From the NCBI RefSeq assembly GCF_001194135.2, contig NC_068983.1:125250005-125287916 (forward strand): 37,912 nt of DNA, in the 5' to 3' direction. This stretch comes from Octopus bimaculoides (lineage: Eukaryota). This document shows, piece after piece, positions 10,513 through 22,543 of the stretch; position 1 is the stretch's first letter; the number at the start of each line of letters is the position of its first letter. The notes below the pieces were generated by a model. That model was given only the letters and a program-made list of their open reading frames with translations. It was not told the DNA's origin and searched no databases. The position numbers were made by a program, and so were the translations under genes.

Positions 10513-10795
10513 TTATATATGTTTTTACATTAAACTCAGAATCTTTGTTAAACTTCTCGAACTCTATACAATATATACATTCCACACCAGTGAAGTAGAT
10601 GATGTATGTAACAATAGAAACTGACATTTTATGACTTCAAAATCTCGAATTATATATGTACATCATTTAAATCTAAATCTATTCTTTCTAAAAGCTATAT
10701 TTTCCGTTCGGGAATATGTGGCATTTGTCATGTTAATGGTTTATGAAATTGTAAATATTCATGAAAAAAAATTGTAAGATTATCTTTTATTTTAG

Positions 10796-10875
10796 TTCAA
10801 ACAACAGATATTGTTTCTTTCAAAGCATTAGGAAATTTCACCGGAAATAGCAAACTATTCAGTGAAAACTACAAG
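10796..10875 (+). CDS. Candidate internal coding exon of an unidentified host gene (80 nt, phase 1 to 0)
   Basis: Acceptor ttatcttttattttAG, donor AAG|gtaaca, open frame xQTTDIVSFKALGNFTGNSKLFSENYK. It lies in non-repeat sequence, but no homology was recognised. Confidence 0.35.
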
Positions 10876-11759
10876 GTAACATCGTTCACGTGTTCACATT
10901 TTCTGTTGCCCTACTTCTCATACTTTTCGCGTGTAGTTCAGATTACACGTAAAACCGAACGTGGTATAAACGGAGAAAAGGTATCCGTGCATTATGCATG
11001 CAGTAGTAATTCATTACTTCACAATTATAAAATCTTATCGAGGTTATGAAAATATATTTCTTTCAAATACACTATATAAAAAGCTACAATATCAAAACAA
11101 ATGTTTGCTTCAAAATGACAGCGAGTGGTGTGTGGGAAAGGTTTCTATGTATAGATAGGGGAGTAGAAACAACCTATTGCTCTATCGCTTTGCTTGCATA
11201 CTTATAAGGTTATGCGTTATCTAATAGCAGCAATCTCCTGTATCACTATAATTAATTGTTAATAATTTATCTTCCTTACTATGGATGCTAAACAGCCCAC
11301 ACTGAAGTGTGGAGTGCATATTGGCAGAAACCTAATAAAACCTGCTATAAGATATTTCAGGTCTATTACCAACGCAAAAAAAACATGTGTAATATTTCCG
11401 TTTAATACATGATAAATGCAGTACAAAAATAATATTAGCACGATAAAAGGAGACATAAAGCTATGGTTCAAGTTTGATTAGTAAAAGGAAAACTGAAGCA
11501 TTTTTATTTAGCGTGTTAATGTTCATATAAAATATGTTGAACGTAAGGCAACTTGATAAACACACACATATGCACGCACGCACGCACACATACACACACA
11601 CACGCACACACACACGCACACACACACACACATATTTATATATATATATGCATACACTCATTCATACATAGATATATACATACGAACATATGCTTATGCG
11701 TACGTGTGTGGTTATACATACATATATACAAAGATATAAATAAATAAATAAATAAATAA

Positions 11760-11804
<45 letters not shown>

Positions 11805-12418
11805 NNNNNNNNNNNNNNNNNNNNNNNNNNNNNNNNNNNNNNNNNNNNNNNNNNNNNNNNNNNNNNNNNNNNNNNNNNNNNNNNNNNNNNNNNNNNNNNN
11901 NNNNNNNNNNNNNNNNNNNNNNNNNNNNNNNNNNNNNNNNNNNNNNNNNNNNNNNNNNNNNNNNNNNNNNNNNNNNNNNNNNNNNNNNNNNNNNNNNNNN
12001 NNNNNNNNNNNNNNNNNNNNNNNNNNNNNNNNNNNNNNNNNNNNNNNNNNNNNNNNNNNNNNNNNNNNNNNNNNNNNNNNNNNNNNNNNNNNNNNNNNNN
12101 NNNNNNNNNNNNNNNNNNNNNNNNNNNNCTATATAGCGTATATATATGTGTATGTGTGTGTATGTGCGTGTGTGTCTCTGTGTGTGTGTCTGTGTCTGTG
12201 TATGTATTTATATATCGAAACAAAAATTAATTAGTAACGTACATCCATCCAGGCGACACACTTCTTCAGCTCTCTGCAAATCTTTTGGGGGTTTTTGGCA
12301 GTTTATTTTGTTTACCTCTGAAGAAGATATGAAGGTAGTTCCTTATTTTTTCAGTCGATCAATTGATGAATTGAGAAACTTGATATCTGAACGCATCCAA
12401 ATGCTTAGAGATTACAGC

Positions 12419-12489
<71 letters not shown>

Positions 12490-12500
12490 CAACAACAATA
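12419..12500. repeat. (AAT)n/(AAC)n microsatellite
   Basis: Direct reading. Confidence 0.95.
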
Positions 12501-12799
12501 AGAAGAAGATATATGTATATAAACCATTTCTCCAGAGATAAAGATATGCTAATTATGAAAATTATAATATATATTATTATAATTCGCATTTGTTTCTCTA
12601 TTTAGAGACACATTTGTTTCGTAATTTTCTTTTGTTTGTATAGTTTAATTTCCTTAATTTATAAAAAATCAATTATAAAAGTGTTACGTCAAATTTGTTT
12701 TGATAAACGTAAAATATTAATGAAAGAAATTGATATAGACCTACAAATTATGAAAATGAATCATTAAATGAACTGAATGAAAAGTGAACTTCTGCTATT

Positions 12800-13390
12800 C
12801 TCAGCAACATTTCTGAAACAGAGCACAGTTTTCTCGTCTACCTCACCATAAACTCTCCGATGTACGAGCCAATCATAGTACCACGAACCTGTTTATTTGG
12901 CATTTATAGGCTGTTCTAAAAGCATTCAATATTTTTTTTTTTAATTTTAAGTTCTGTCTTCTGCATTGACAAACTTTATACTGTGGCTCACCTTCCTATA
13001 ACAAATGTTCTTGACTTTGCAACTTTGAGCCATGAAAAGAGTTATATATATAGTGGAACCGACTCACTGGTAGATTCCTCAAATGTATCATGGTTGCAAC
13101 ATAACTCTTACGCAAGAGATACAGCCGCAATCCTAACGATTGGTTTGCACTCTTCCTCGTTTGTATTAACGTGTGGATTATATCGTTTGTTTATTTTGAC
13201 AATCGATCCAGTAGCGCCTATCTGTATTTCGCTACGAAGTATGTTCTCTGTGCACATTTCCCGCATATAGTTGTTACAGTCAACGACACTACTACGGTTC
13301 ACATGCATATCCTCTCCATAGAAACGTGAAAGGTATTTTAGTAAATTGAACGATTTTGTTGCATGAAAATCCTTCATTTCATATTACATC
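12800..13390 (-). mobile_element. Merlin (IS1595/ISXO2-like) transposase remnant
   Basis: SVVDCNNYMREMC...IQIGATGSIVKI, GRV, VGSTIY, KVSHSIKFVNAED, NIECF...NKQVRGT..SYIGEFM. These follow, in order, the Merlin motifs IGG-G-IVEIDE, PGTTIYSD, VNHSxxFVDP, IE..W and SYLxEF. Confidence 0.65.
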
Positions 13391-13399
13391 TGTGATATT

Positions 13400-14330
13400 T
13401 CTTGTAGTTTCTGAAGTTTTCTTAGAAGCTTTTTGTTCATGATTTATCAATTATTTTCCATAGTTGTTTTCAATTCTTGTAACCATACCGTTTTCGATTT
13501 CCAAATATTTGTAGCTTTAATTTTCACCTTGGTAGCAAATTTCCGCCCCACCACATATATCAAAGAAGCCTTTTGCTAGCACTACCATTACTACGTTGGT
13601 TGTTTTCATCACATATGAAAGATCCACAATTTTGGAAATTTTTTCAGAAAATTCGATACTCTAAGCTGAAGTAGTGTAATGTTATTTTGAAATCTCTGGA
13701 GTGGTAAATTTATAAATATCTTTATTTTCTTGTTTGGTATGAGTTTATCGTAAATGCAAAATGTTCCGGGAAGACCTACTATGTTTTTACTCATCCATTG
13801 TTCGTATGTGTCAGCAAAGCATTCCGATATACTTCCTTTCTTTCGTCGCTTAATCTCTTGTTCCAGAGTTTTTAATCTGGTTTCTTTTATATTTTTGAAT
13901 GCCTTCTAAGTTGAGTCCATTCCATTCTTTTAATACTAGATTTTGGTTGGGTATAATTATTTCGTAAATTAAGTTTCGGTTTTCGTGTTGTTGGCTGTCT
14001 ACAATCGGGGAATCAATCTTATATAAATGCGTGTTTGCTGTTCCATTTCATGAATGACATTAGTAAGAATGTCGTACTTACTTATGATTGATAGATTTTG
14101 AGAAATCTCTTTGAATAGTTTTTCAGATTTTAGAGACTCAGCAACAAATTTCGATCGGCCATTAATGGCTGTTGCAACCGGTAGGATTGTAGCAAAATTA
14201 AAATCCAAATAAAATTTGCTTTCCAATGTTAGCCCATCCCCAGTATGCAAATCTGTTCTCGCTCTCAGGACAAATGCGAAGCCTACATTCAAGGATCACC
14301 ATATAAAGCAAAACCTGTTTGAAGAAATTC
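13400..14330 (-). mobile_element. Possible BEL/Pao LTR-retrotransposon pol remnant
   Basis: Scattered weak motif matches in the expected order (EISQNL, NLR, KLWNK, LHYFS, WWGG-NL), with many stops and frameshifts. Confidence 0.3.
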
Positions 14331-14949
14331 TGTCCTGTGGAGATCAGGTTTTTTTGTCTCTCTCAAATTTTGATCATTAATAACACTAAAAGCACACTAA
14401 AAGTGATTTATAAAAACTTAGATCATTATAGGAGTTATCATAAACAAGAGAAAAGCCATTTTTTAAATCATTAAAAAAAATATTCTTCTACAACAAGGAT
14501 TTTGATATTTGTAACACTTACATACATTAATATACATGTATGTTTGTGTGTATATACATACATATATATATATATATATGTGTGTGCGTGTGTATGTGTG
14601 TGTGTATGTGTATGTTTGTGTGTGTGTGTGTGTGTGCGTGTATGAATATTATCCGTAAGGCTTCAGCAAGTTGAATACCACTCGATCTGCGAAGCCGGTG
14701 AAGGTAAGGTTATAATGAAAGCCACAAGTATTGTGAAATACATTTATACAAGGTTTTCTGGTCGGAACACACTAGCACTGACCATTTCCCAGCCCACATC
14801 CAGACACCTACACATACACACACGCACACGTCAAGGTTCCCAGCCCTCTTCCACACGCATAACCATGCTCTCTTATACACACGCACGTGCACCTTCGTTC
14901 TGAGATCACCACTGCTTCATTATCTCCCCTCCTTCCTAGATCTCCCGAA

Positions 14950-15160
14950 TGACCCTCTGTCCGGCAATCGCCATGGTAGATTGTTAGCCACTACACATTC
15001 TTTATTTTCTCTCCTCGTTTTTTCTGTGTTCATTTTTGTGGAAGAGCGTAGGCTCGAATCGTTATAGACTTTTTCACTTCCCGAGCGTTAAACTAATACA
15101 TCTGTTTGTTTTCTACGCCACCTGCCTTCGTCTTTTTTTTTTTGTGAATTCTCCTTATAC
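14950..15160 (+). mobile_element. Probable Penelope pseudo-LTR remnant with a degenerate hammerhead-like motif
   Basis: TGTGGAA-GAGC-GTAG-GCTC-GAATCGTT at 15037-15063; pyrimidine-rich; ends in a dinucleotide microsatellite. Confidence 0.4.
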
Positions 15161-15649
15161 ACACACACACACACACACACATACANNNNNNNNNNNNNNN
15201 NNNNNNNNNNNNNNNNNNNNNNNNNNNNNNNNNNNNNNNNNNNNNNNNNNNNNNNNNNNNNNNNNNNNNNNNNNNNNNNNNNNNNNNNNNNNNNNNNNNN
15301 NNNNNNNNNNNNNNNNNNNNNNNNNNNNNNNNNNNNNNNNNNNNNNNNNNNNNNNNNNNNNNNNNNNNNNNNNNNNNNNNNNNNNNNNNNNNNNNNNNNN
15401 NNNNNNNNNNNNNNNNNNNNNNNNNNNNNNNNNNNNNNNNNNNNNNNNNNNNNNNNNNNNNNNNNNNNNNNNNNNNNNNNNNNNNNNNNNNNNNNNNNNN
15501 NNNNNNNNNNNNNNNNNNNNNNNNNNNNNNNNNNNNNNNNNNNNNNNNNNNNNNNNNNNNNNNNNNNNNNNNNNNNNNNNNNNNNNNNNNNNNNNNNNNN
15601 NNNNNNNNNNNNNNNNNNNNNNNNNNNNNNNNNNNNNNNNNNNNNNNNN

Positions 15650-15691
<42 letters not shown>

Positions 15692-17039
15692 GAGAGAGAA
15701 AGAAAGACGGGGACAGATATGTACATGTGTGTGTGTGTGTGTGTGTATGCATGTATATATGCGCTTTACTCAAATCAATTGTGCTATTACTCGTTTAATT
15801 TAACATGACACTTCTCTTCAGAATCATAGCGTCCTATAAAATAATGTATAATAAACCACGAGAACACCAAAGACCGATAACTCTTCACCTGTGCCTCTAG
15901 ACACTGCAATGAAAAATTAAAATACTACCTTCATCAAAGTAATTGTTTGACTAGAAAAAGTTGGAGGTAAAAAATCGGGTTACGGTACTCAGAATTTAAA
16001 AATTATTCGAAATAATCTTACTCATTTGATCTCAATTTCCGTGACGTAAATCATGTAGTCAGTCAGCACTCTGCAAATGAAAACTTACTGAAAATCATAG
16101 TGTCTTTGAAAGGTATCATATTTATGCTAAGTAGCAGGAAGTAGTCCAAAACGTGACTTTGATCTTACGAAACCACAATACGAGGCATAATTATACTCTC
16201 AGTTGAGAATCTAGCAGGATGTTATTGGATGGGTAGCGATATGCTCTCCATACACTAATTCACAAAATCTTTTCTTATCCGCCTGATTATATATTAATTA
16301 AAAAACTATCGCTTTTTCAACTTATTGTATATTCTTTAAATCTTTGAAAAAATCTCCCTGCCCTTTCGAATACCTTTCTTAGTAAATCTCTTAATTAACC
16401 TGCGAGCAACTCTAAGTAAGCACTATAGTATATAATATTTTCTCATAAGTTGAATATATGTCCGATATTTAGCTTCTATTTTCAGCAGATCAATTCAGAT
16501 AACAGTAACGCAGATAGAAAAAAAAAAAAACAAAAACAAAAAAACGTTGACTATTAGTAATTACTAAGAAGTGTTGGTGATCGTACCGTTGGTTATTCTT
16601 CTCAAGCAATTACTTTCAGTTAAATTCTATTCTGATGGCCATTAACTGAATTAGCATAAAACTAAAAATACAAACGGATTCAGATACCATTTTCAATACA
16701 TCAACAAGTAGCGAGCATTGAAATTTTATATTCTGTAGTAAATACAAGGTGGTATATAATATATATTGATTGTAAGAATAGACATTTATCTGAAAAGATA
16801 TTCATTGTAAGATTGAACATTTATCTGCTTATGAACAATAGAGACGTAATATACAAAATGTATAAAACAGAAAATGTAAAGCAGTTTTTGTCTAGAAACC
16901 TAGTATTTACAAACAGAAACTGATATAACCAGGTAATTAGTAGAAAAAAAGGGGGACACGATCAGAGCAGTAGTAAAAAAAAAAAAACCTTCACTTAACA
17001 AAGAGCAGGAATTGACTAAGTTGATACAGGGCTCATAAG

Positions 17040-17150
17040 GTGCCGGTCGCTATTTGTCCTGAATTTCTCAGATCTGAGTTCGAATCCCATCGATGAGAAC
17101 TTTGCATTTCATAATTTCAGGCCTGACAAAATAAAAAAGGAAAACAACAC
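17040..17150 (+). mobile_element. Degraded family A SINE
   Basis: B-box GAGTTCGAATCC followed by ACTTTGCATTTCATAATTTCAGG..ACAAAATAAA (diverged core). Confidence 0.55.
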
Positions 17151-17449
17151 GGGGAAGTAGATTAGAGTAATTCTTAGAGCTGAGCAAGATGACTTGTGAT
17201 GCCTGTTGTGTCTTAATGCGTTTGGAAACCAACGCCTTCAATGGTGCCAATGCTTCAAGGTATCAGTCCAATCTGACGATCTTTCATATGATTGGAGTGT
17301 TGTCATGGAGGCGAGTGGCTTGCATGCTTGTATACCTGTGTGTATTCCTCCAGAAACCTTGCTCCGAACTGTGCGTATATTTGCAGATGAATATTCAAAT
17401 GTGACCAACATGAGCAATGGAGGTCTTTTCATGTATGTCTGTGTGTAGT

Positions 17450-17488
<39 letters not shown>

Positions 17489-17489
17489 T

Positions 17490-17531
<42 letters not shown>

Positions 17532-17581
17532 NNNNNNNNNNNNNNNNNNNNNNNNNNNNNNNNNNNNNNNNNNNNNNNNNN

Positions 17582-17950
17582 AGTAACAAGCTTGCTTCCC
17601 AATCCCATGGATCCCAGATTCATTCCCACTGCGGGGCACTTTGGGCAAATGTCTTCTGCTATATCGTCGGACCGACCAAAGCGTTGTGAGTGGATTACGT
17701 AGACGGATCTTGAAAGAAACCTGTCATATATATATATATATATTGTGTGTCTATCTTTGTTCCCACGCCATCACTTGACAACCGATGTTGGTGTCGTTAC
17801 GTCTCCGTAACATAGTGGTTCGGCAAATGAAACTGATAGAATAAGGACTAGGCTTACAAAGAATAAGTTCCGGCGTCGATTCGTTCGACTAAAGGTGGTG
17901 CTCCAGCATTGCCGCAGTCAAATGATCGAAAAAAAGTAAAAGAATAAAAG
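17582..17950 (+). mobile_element. tRNA-derived family B SINE (CORE-like) with an internal (TA)n tract
   Basis: GGCACTTTGGGCAAATGTCTTC (CORE-like), GACCAAAGC..TGAGTGGAT..GTAGACGG, internal (TA)n, CTTGACAACCGATG...GGCGGTGCT-type 3' half. Shares halves with 33107-33277 and 35205-35400. Confidence 0.8.
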
Positions 17951-20479
17951 AATATATATATATATTTATATATATATATATATATATAGATATGTGTGTG
18001 TGTTTTTCTATGGGTGCATGTGTGTGCATGTGTTTGTTTGTTTATGTATGTGTGTTTCGCATCGTGTGATTTGTAAACGATAACACCAAATTCTCTATGA
18101 AATGCAAACTGTTACACAAGTTTCAATCCAATATTATGTCAAAAGTTGACATGCACATCAACACATCGTATAACATAGCCAAGGGTGAGGCACAAAGTAC
18201 GCTGTTAGCTGTTGATTACATGAGAAAGAGATAAGAGCAAGATCCGACCCAATGAGAATATAACACTAAATACAGAACATTACAACCGTTGAAACAAATG
18301 AAAGAGAAGTTGCTTCAAATGAATGCAGAAAGGAATGCCAGTGGATCCTATATTGGGGGACTTTGGTTTCCAATCTCACAAACATGCTAAGTTTTATAAA
18401 AGGAAACATTTCTTAGACATTTTGTGAAAAACAGGGCACTAACCTCTGTGATAAAAGTAAAGGAAGTGTTATTATACAAGGATCAAAAATTAAAGGTAGG
18501 GTAAGCCATCACGTGTCGGCAATGCATGTATAATATTCTCCTGGAAATACCTATCAGGTCTCATAGCAGTTGAAATGTATTGCTTTCTGAAGACGGGAAA
18601 AATATTATCAGAGGAGCAAATGGGAACAGATATGTGTCAAGGGGACAGTGAAATGTTGCGTAATGTCACAAGTAACCTGCGAATAAAAAGGAAGAACGAT
18701 AAAGAAAGATTAAATCGGTTGGTTTAAAGATACCACAATATGGATTCTATTAGACTCTTCAAAGAGAATACGAAATAAAAAATATCTAGTGGTTTAGTTT
18801 TGCACGATAATCTAAGGAGAGGACATTCAGTTTGGAAAGTATAAAAATTCTTTGGAAGGTGTTTGAAAGAAAACTATATGAAAGTAATATCAATCACATG
18901 GGATATCAATCATCAATCTATGTCAATTATATCGAATGTTGCTTCTTTTCTGTGTAGAGGTGCAGTGTTGATGAATTCAGCAGAATTCATTATCTCACTG
19001 CGCATATATCATTGTGGGAAATTGAAAACGCTTTTGGAATTATTTATTTAGTATTTCACTTATCCATCTCAGATTTGCACTCAGTGATCTATTTTCTTCG
19101 AAAAGCATTTCTCTCTTTTAAATCATTAAAGAGTTGCAAGACAGGAATACTATTTGAAGAATTTATAGAAGCCCTTAGAGTTTGTCTTTATATTGCCCTG
19201 ATTTTCCTTCCTCCCCACTTTCATTTTGTGAAGGATTCTGAGCATTTGTTTTTATTTCGGTGTCTTAAGTTAGTGCTTTTTAAAAAGAATTGTGTCTCCA
19301 TTGTCCCTAATCTATTTGAGATTATTATTCTGAATGTCACAAGGATGTTCCTTTTTCAAAGAATAATGCTTTCATTTATATTGACTATTCTCTTTAGGAA
19401 AAAAAATCAATGCATTCTGATCGTGTCTTTGACGTAAACCCCATACGTTTCGTGTTATTGTCTTGCAAAAAGCGACTTTCGGGCCAATCTTTGTTTCAGT
19501 ATTCATTTCCTCAGTTTGTAGAAGCTCCGGCCAAATATGTGTCGGATGAATCATATGTGTTATAGTATACATCTTCGATTTACTTTGTACAATACATTAT
19601 TATAAAATGGTTTGAATAAGTTGCTGTCGTTACTGATGAGTTCTATTTCACCAGGAAAGCAGACGTCCAAGATGTTGCTCCTGGTCAGATACGCTGTTCC
19701 TTGAGCAAAGTTTGTATGAGATCGAAGAAACAATTTCCTTCATTTTTTTTCTTTCATTGGTGTCATTTTCCGTTCCTGAGAATATATTGCCTTCTGTTAA
19801 TTTGAAGTGCATTATATGCTGAACTATTTCGTTAGTAATTCTTTTATTATTCCAAGGTTTTCTTTAAATTTATTATCTTTATGTTAAATGCAAGTCGATG
19901 ATATGATGTATATATTATTATATCAAGTTGCTTTGTAAGTAATATTAGTGTCAGGGTTTGAACGCGAGCAGGGTTAAAGGTGTAAAATCGTTGTGGATGT
20001 ACATGACAACTCCAGCGGGATTTTTTTCATTTTGGTACGAAACAAAGCATTGTTTGGTATGTAAATCTCTTTAATGGTTACATCTCTAGATAGAATCGTT
20101 TTTGTGATGTATACTGCTTGATTGCATGCAGAACAGTAATATAAAATTACACATTTAATTTGGATATAAGTTCAATTCAATATTAAATTGAAAATCACCA
20201 CTATAATTTGTGATATTGCACAGTATCCTAGAATATATAGTTCACGCATATTTATAAATCTCTATAAGAAATATTTTACCGAAAATTCGTGGATGTTCTG
20301 TGTGATGTATTTTTTTTTAATATATATTTAAAAGTTTCATACTTGATACTTGTATCTACACGTGCATACAATACACGGTTCTGTAAACACAAACACACAC
20401 GCACGCTAATACACACGTGCGTATAAAAATACGCACATATACACACGCACATGCACACACACGTACACACATACCCACA

Positions 20480-20510
<31 letters not shown>

Positions 20511-20829
20511 TCTATATATTACAATTCCGCTATGTCATAGCAGGAATAATGAACGTTGTTAGATAACAATATGCTGATAATTACTTATAATGTACAGTAT
20601 AACGAAGCTCCATGGTGAGGTCATGTGAATTTAGTGGTGTCATCAGTACCTGAATGCTAAATGAACCAGAAGCTAAGTACCGAGTGCAATAGTCAATGAT
20701 AAAGAATGAGAAAAAAGAAAATGCATTACGTAATTACATTTATTAACTTACAGCTGTTTCGGATGAAAGTAATTCGGCACCAAGATTTAAGTTTCAGTGT
20801 GACGTCTTGCGGCATTGCTAGGTACTTAA

Positions 20830-21133
20830 CACTACCGAGCGCAGCTCTGTGTGCCTTGGGTATGTGCTGTGATTTGCTGTGATGCTCTTATGGTTACTGT
20901 ATTGAAAGTGTTTTGCGTAGGATGTGTGCAGTGCGCAGTAGTGTAATTTTCTGTATGTTATATATATTTGTAAGTCCTGGTGTTTTTGTTATGTATTTGT
21001 CTGAATATTTTTTCATTAAACCTAAGCCACCTACTATGATAGGAATTGTTTCTGTTTTTAGATTCCACATTCGAATAACCTCTATTTCCAAGTCTTTGTA
21101 TTTTGAAAGTTTTTCCATTTCTTTTAGGGAAAC

Positions 21134-21134
<1 letters not shown>
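20830..21134 (-). mobile_element. R4/Dong-like LINE 3' end: restriction-like endonuclease C-terminus plus 3' UTR
   Basis: NVSLKEMEKLSKYKDLEIEVIRMWNLKTETIPIIVGGLG...IQKITLLRTAHILRK is the REL EKxxKYxxL...PxxxGxLG motif. It is 5'-truncated exactly at a (TAA)n tract. The UTR boundary is approximate. Confidence 0.85.
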
Positions 21135-21190
<56 letters not shown>

Positions 21191-21232
21191 ATTATTATTA
21201 TTACTACTAGTATTGTTATTATTATTATTAAT
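21135..21232. repeat. (ATT)n/(TAA)n microsatellite
   Basis: Direct reading. Confidence 0.95.
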
Positions 21233-21309
21233 ATATGTTTAACTTCTGTTTTGCATTTGTACGAGTTGGCTCCAAGTCTCACCCAGAGAAATAGAAAAGA
21301 AAAATTCAT

Positions 21310-21650
21310 TTCACATGATGTTGGTACACACTTGACTCGTGATAAAATTACTCTGTGCGACTGCTGACGAACATTCTACATATTCTCTTCGATGACTATA
21401 TTGCAGAAAACAATGTCGCATACAAAATTGTATTAATCCATGAAGCTTCAAGAAAACTGACAAAAACATGCTTTTAAGAACAACCATCGAAACCAATAGA
21501 CGGAACTTATAACTGGACATACGACTTTCGGCTCAATATTATTATGCGTGGAAATCATGGACACTTAATACAAGGGAAATCAAACGGCTGGAACATTTCA
21601 TTCAACGAAATCACGGAGTCATGTTAAACATCAAAATAGGTGAGAACTAT
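21310..21650 (+). mobile_element. RTE-like LINE RT C-terminal remnant
   Basis: ILL-YAWKSWTLNTREIKRLEHFIQRNHGVMLNIK (one frameshift) resembles RTE LLYGxExWT...LExFHxRCLRxILxIxW. Confidence 0.5.
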
Positions 21651-21950
21651 ATAATGGTGCCATAAAAAAAGCTAAAATTTCAATTATAGAATCGACCATG
21701 ATGGAGTTTCAGCTACAAAAGTTGGGACAAGGGATGAAAACGAAACGAGAGAGAATGTTTCGTCATTTACATTTCTATTTGATCCTTATCAAGGAAAGGC
21801 ACGAGAATGTCTTTCTCGCAGTTAAAATTATCAATTGAAATTAACGTTCACAATTTCAATAATAGAGACAAAATCATCGTAAGCTGAAGCCCTTATCGCC
21901 CCAGCTCGTGTCACTACAATACATCCGTCAAGAATGAAAAAAACAAACCC

Positions 21951-21992
<42 letters not shown>

Positions 21993-22104
21993 ACCGATGT
22001 TATCTTTCATTAATGCAGTCAACTTATAAATGGAATTGAAATACTTATTTTGGTTGAGAAATGAAACAATTGTAGATCAATGTGTTTTCAAATGCGATAA
22101 TGAT

Positions 22105-22173
22105 AATAGTAATAATAAAAATAATAATAAAAATAATAATAATAATAACAACAACAACAACAACAACAACAAC

Positions 22174-22218
<45 letters not shown>

Positions 22219-22220
22219 TA
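22105..22220. repeat. Compound (AAT)n/(AAC)n microsatellite
   Basis: Direct reading. Confidence 0.95.
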
Positions 22221-22279
22221 CAATTACACACAGAGACACATACATATATATACCTACACATACAAATATACATATATAA

Positions 22280-22315
<36 letters not shown>

Positions 22316-22473
22316 TAATTAAGGGATCAGCAAAATATTTGCTTCACCATATACCGAAGTTCAGAAAATAGCAGCTAAAAAAGCTGAGAATCTCACAGAT
22401 AGCATCACTTGTAACTCACAAAGGCAAAAACAAGAAGAAAAAACAATGAAAAACTAACCAATTCAGATGATTA

Positions 22474-22543
22474 ACAGAAGACGCGTTTCAGGATTATGAT
22501 TAATAATTAACAATTAATAATCAATTTCCTTCATCAGTACTGT
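22474..22543 (-). ncRNA. Type I minimal hammerhead ribozyme motif, probably within a Penelope pseudo-LTR
   Basis: Minus strand: ACAGUA-CUGAUGA-AGGA(33-nt insert that can fold into a hairpin)UCCU-GAAA-C-GC-G-UC/UUCUGU. All core nucleotides are present; stem III ACGCGU is palindromic; stem I pairs 5 of 6. Confidence 0.75.

Noticed and set aside
12290-12420. Protein-like frame FILFTSEEDMKVVPYFFSRSIDELRNLISERIQML
   Set aside because: Weak splice signals, no recognisable family, and it runs into (AAT)n.
18540-18710. Strong minus-strand acceptor (ttcctttttattcgcAG near 18680)
   Set aside because: All three downstream frames stop within about 70 nt and there is no supporting partner exon.
19012-19580. 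141-aa hydrophobic plus-strand ORF and a minus-strand NVWGLR motif suggesting an L1 endonuclease start
   Set aside because: The composition is typical of random AT-rich frames and no further APE motifs could be found.
19630-19740. CTGATGAG followed by GAAA, a possible hammerhead
   Set aside because: No closing stem II pair before GAAA and no stem III/NUH geometry.
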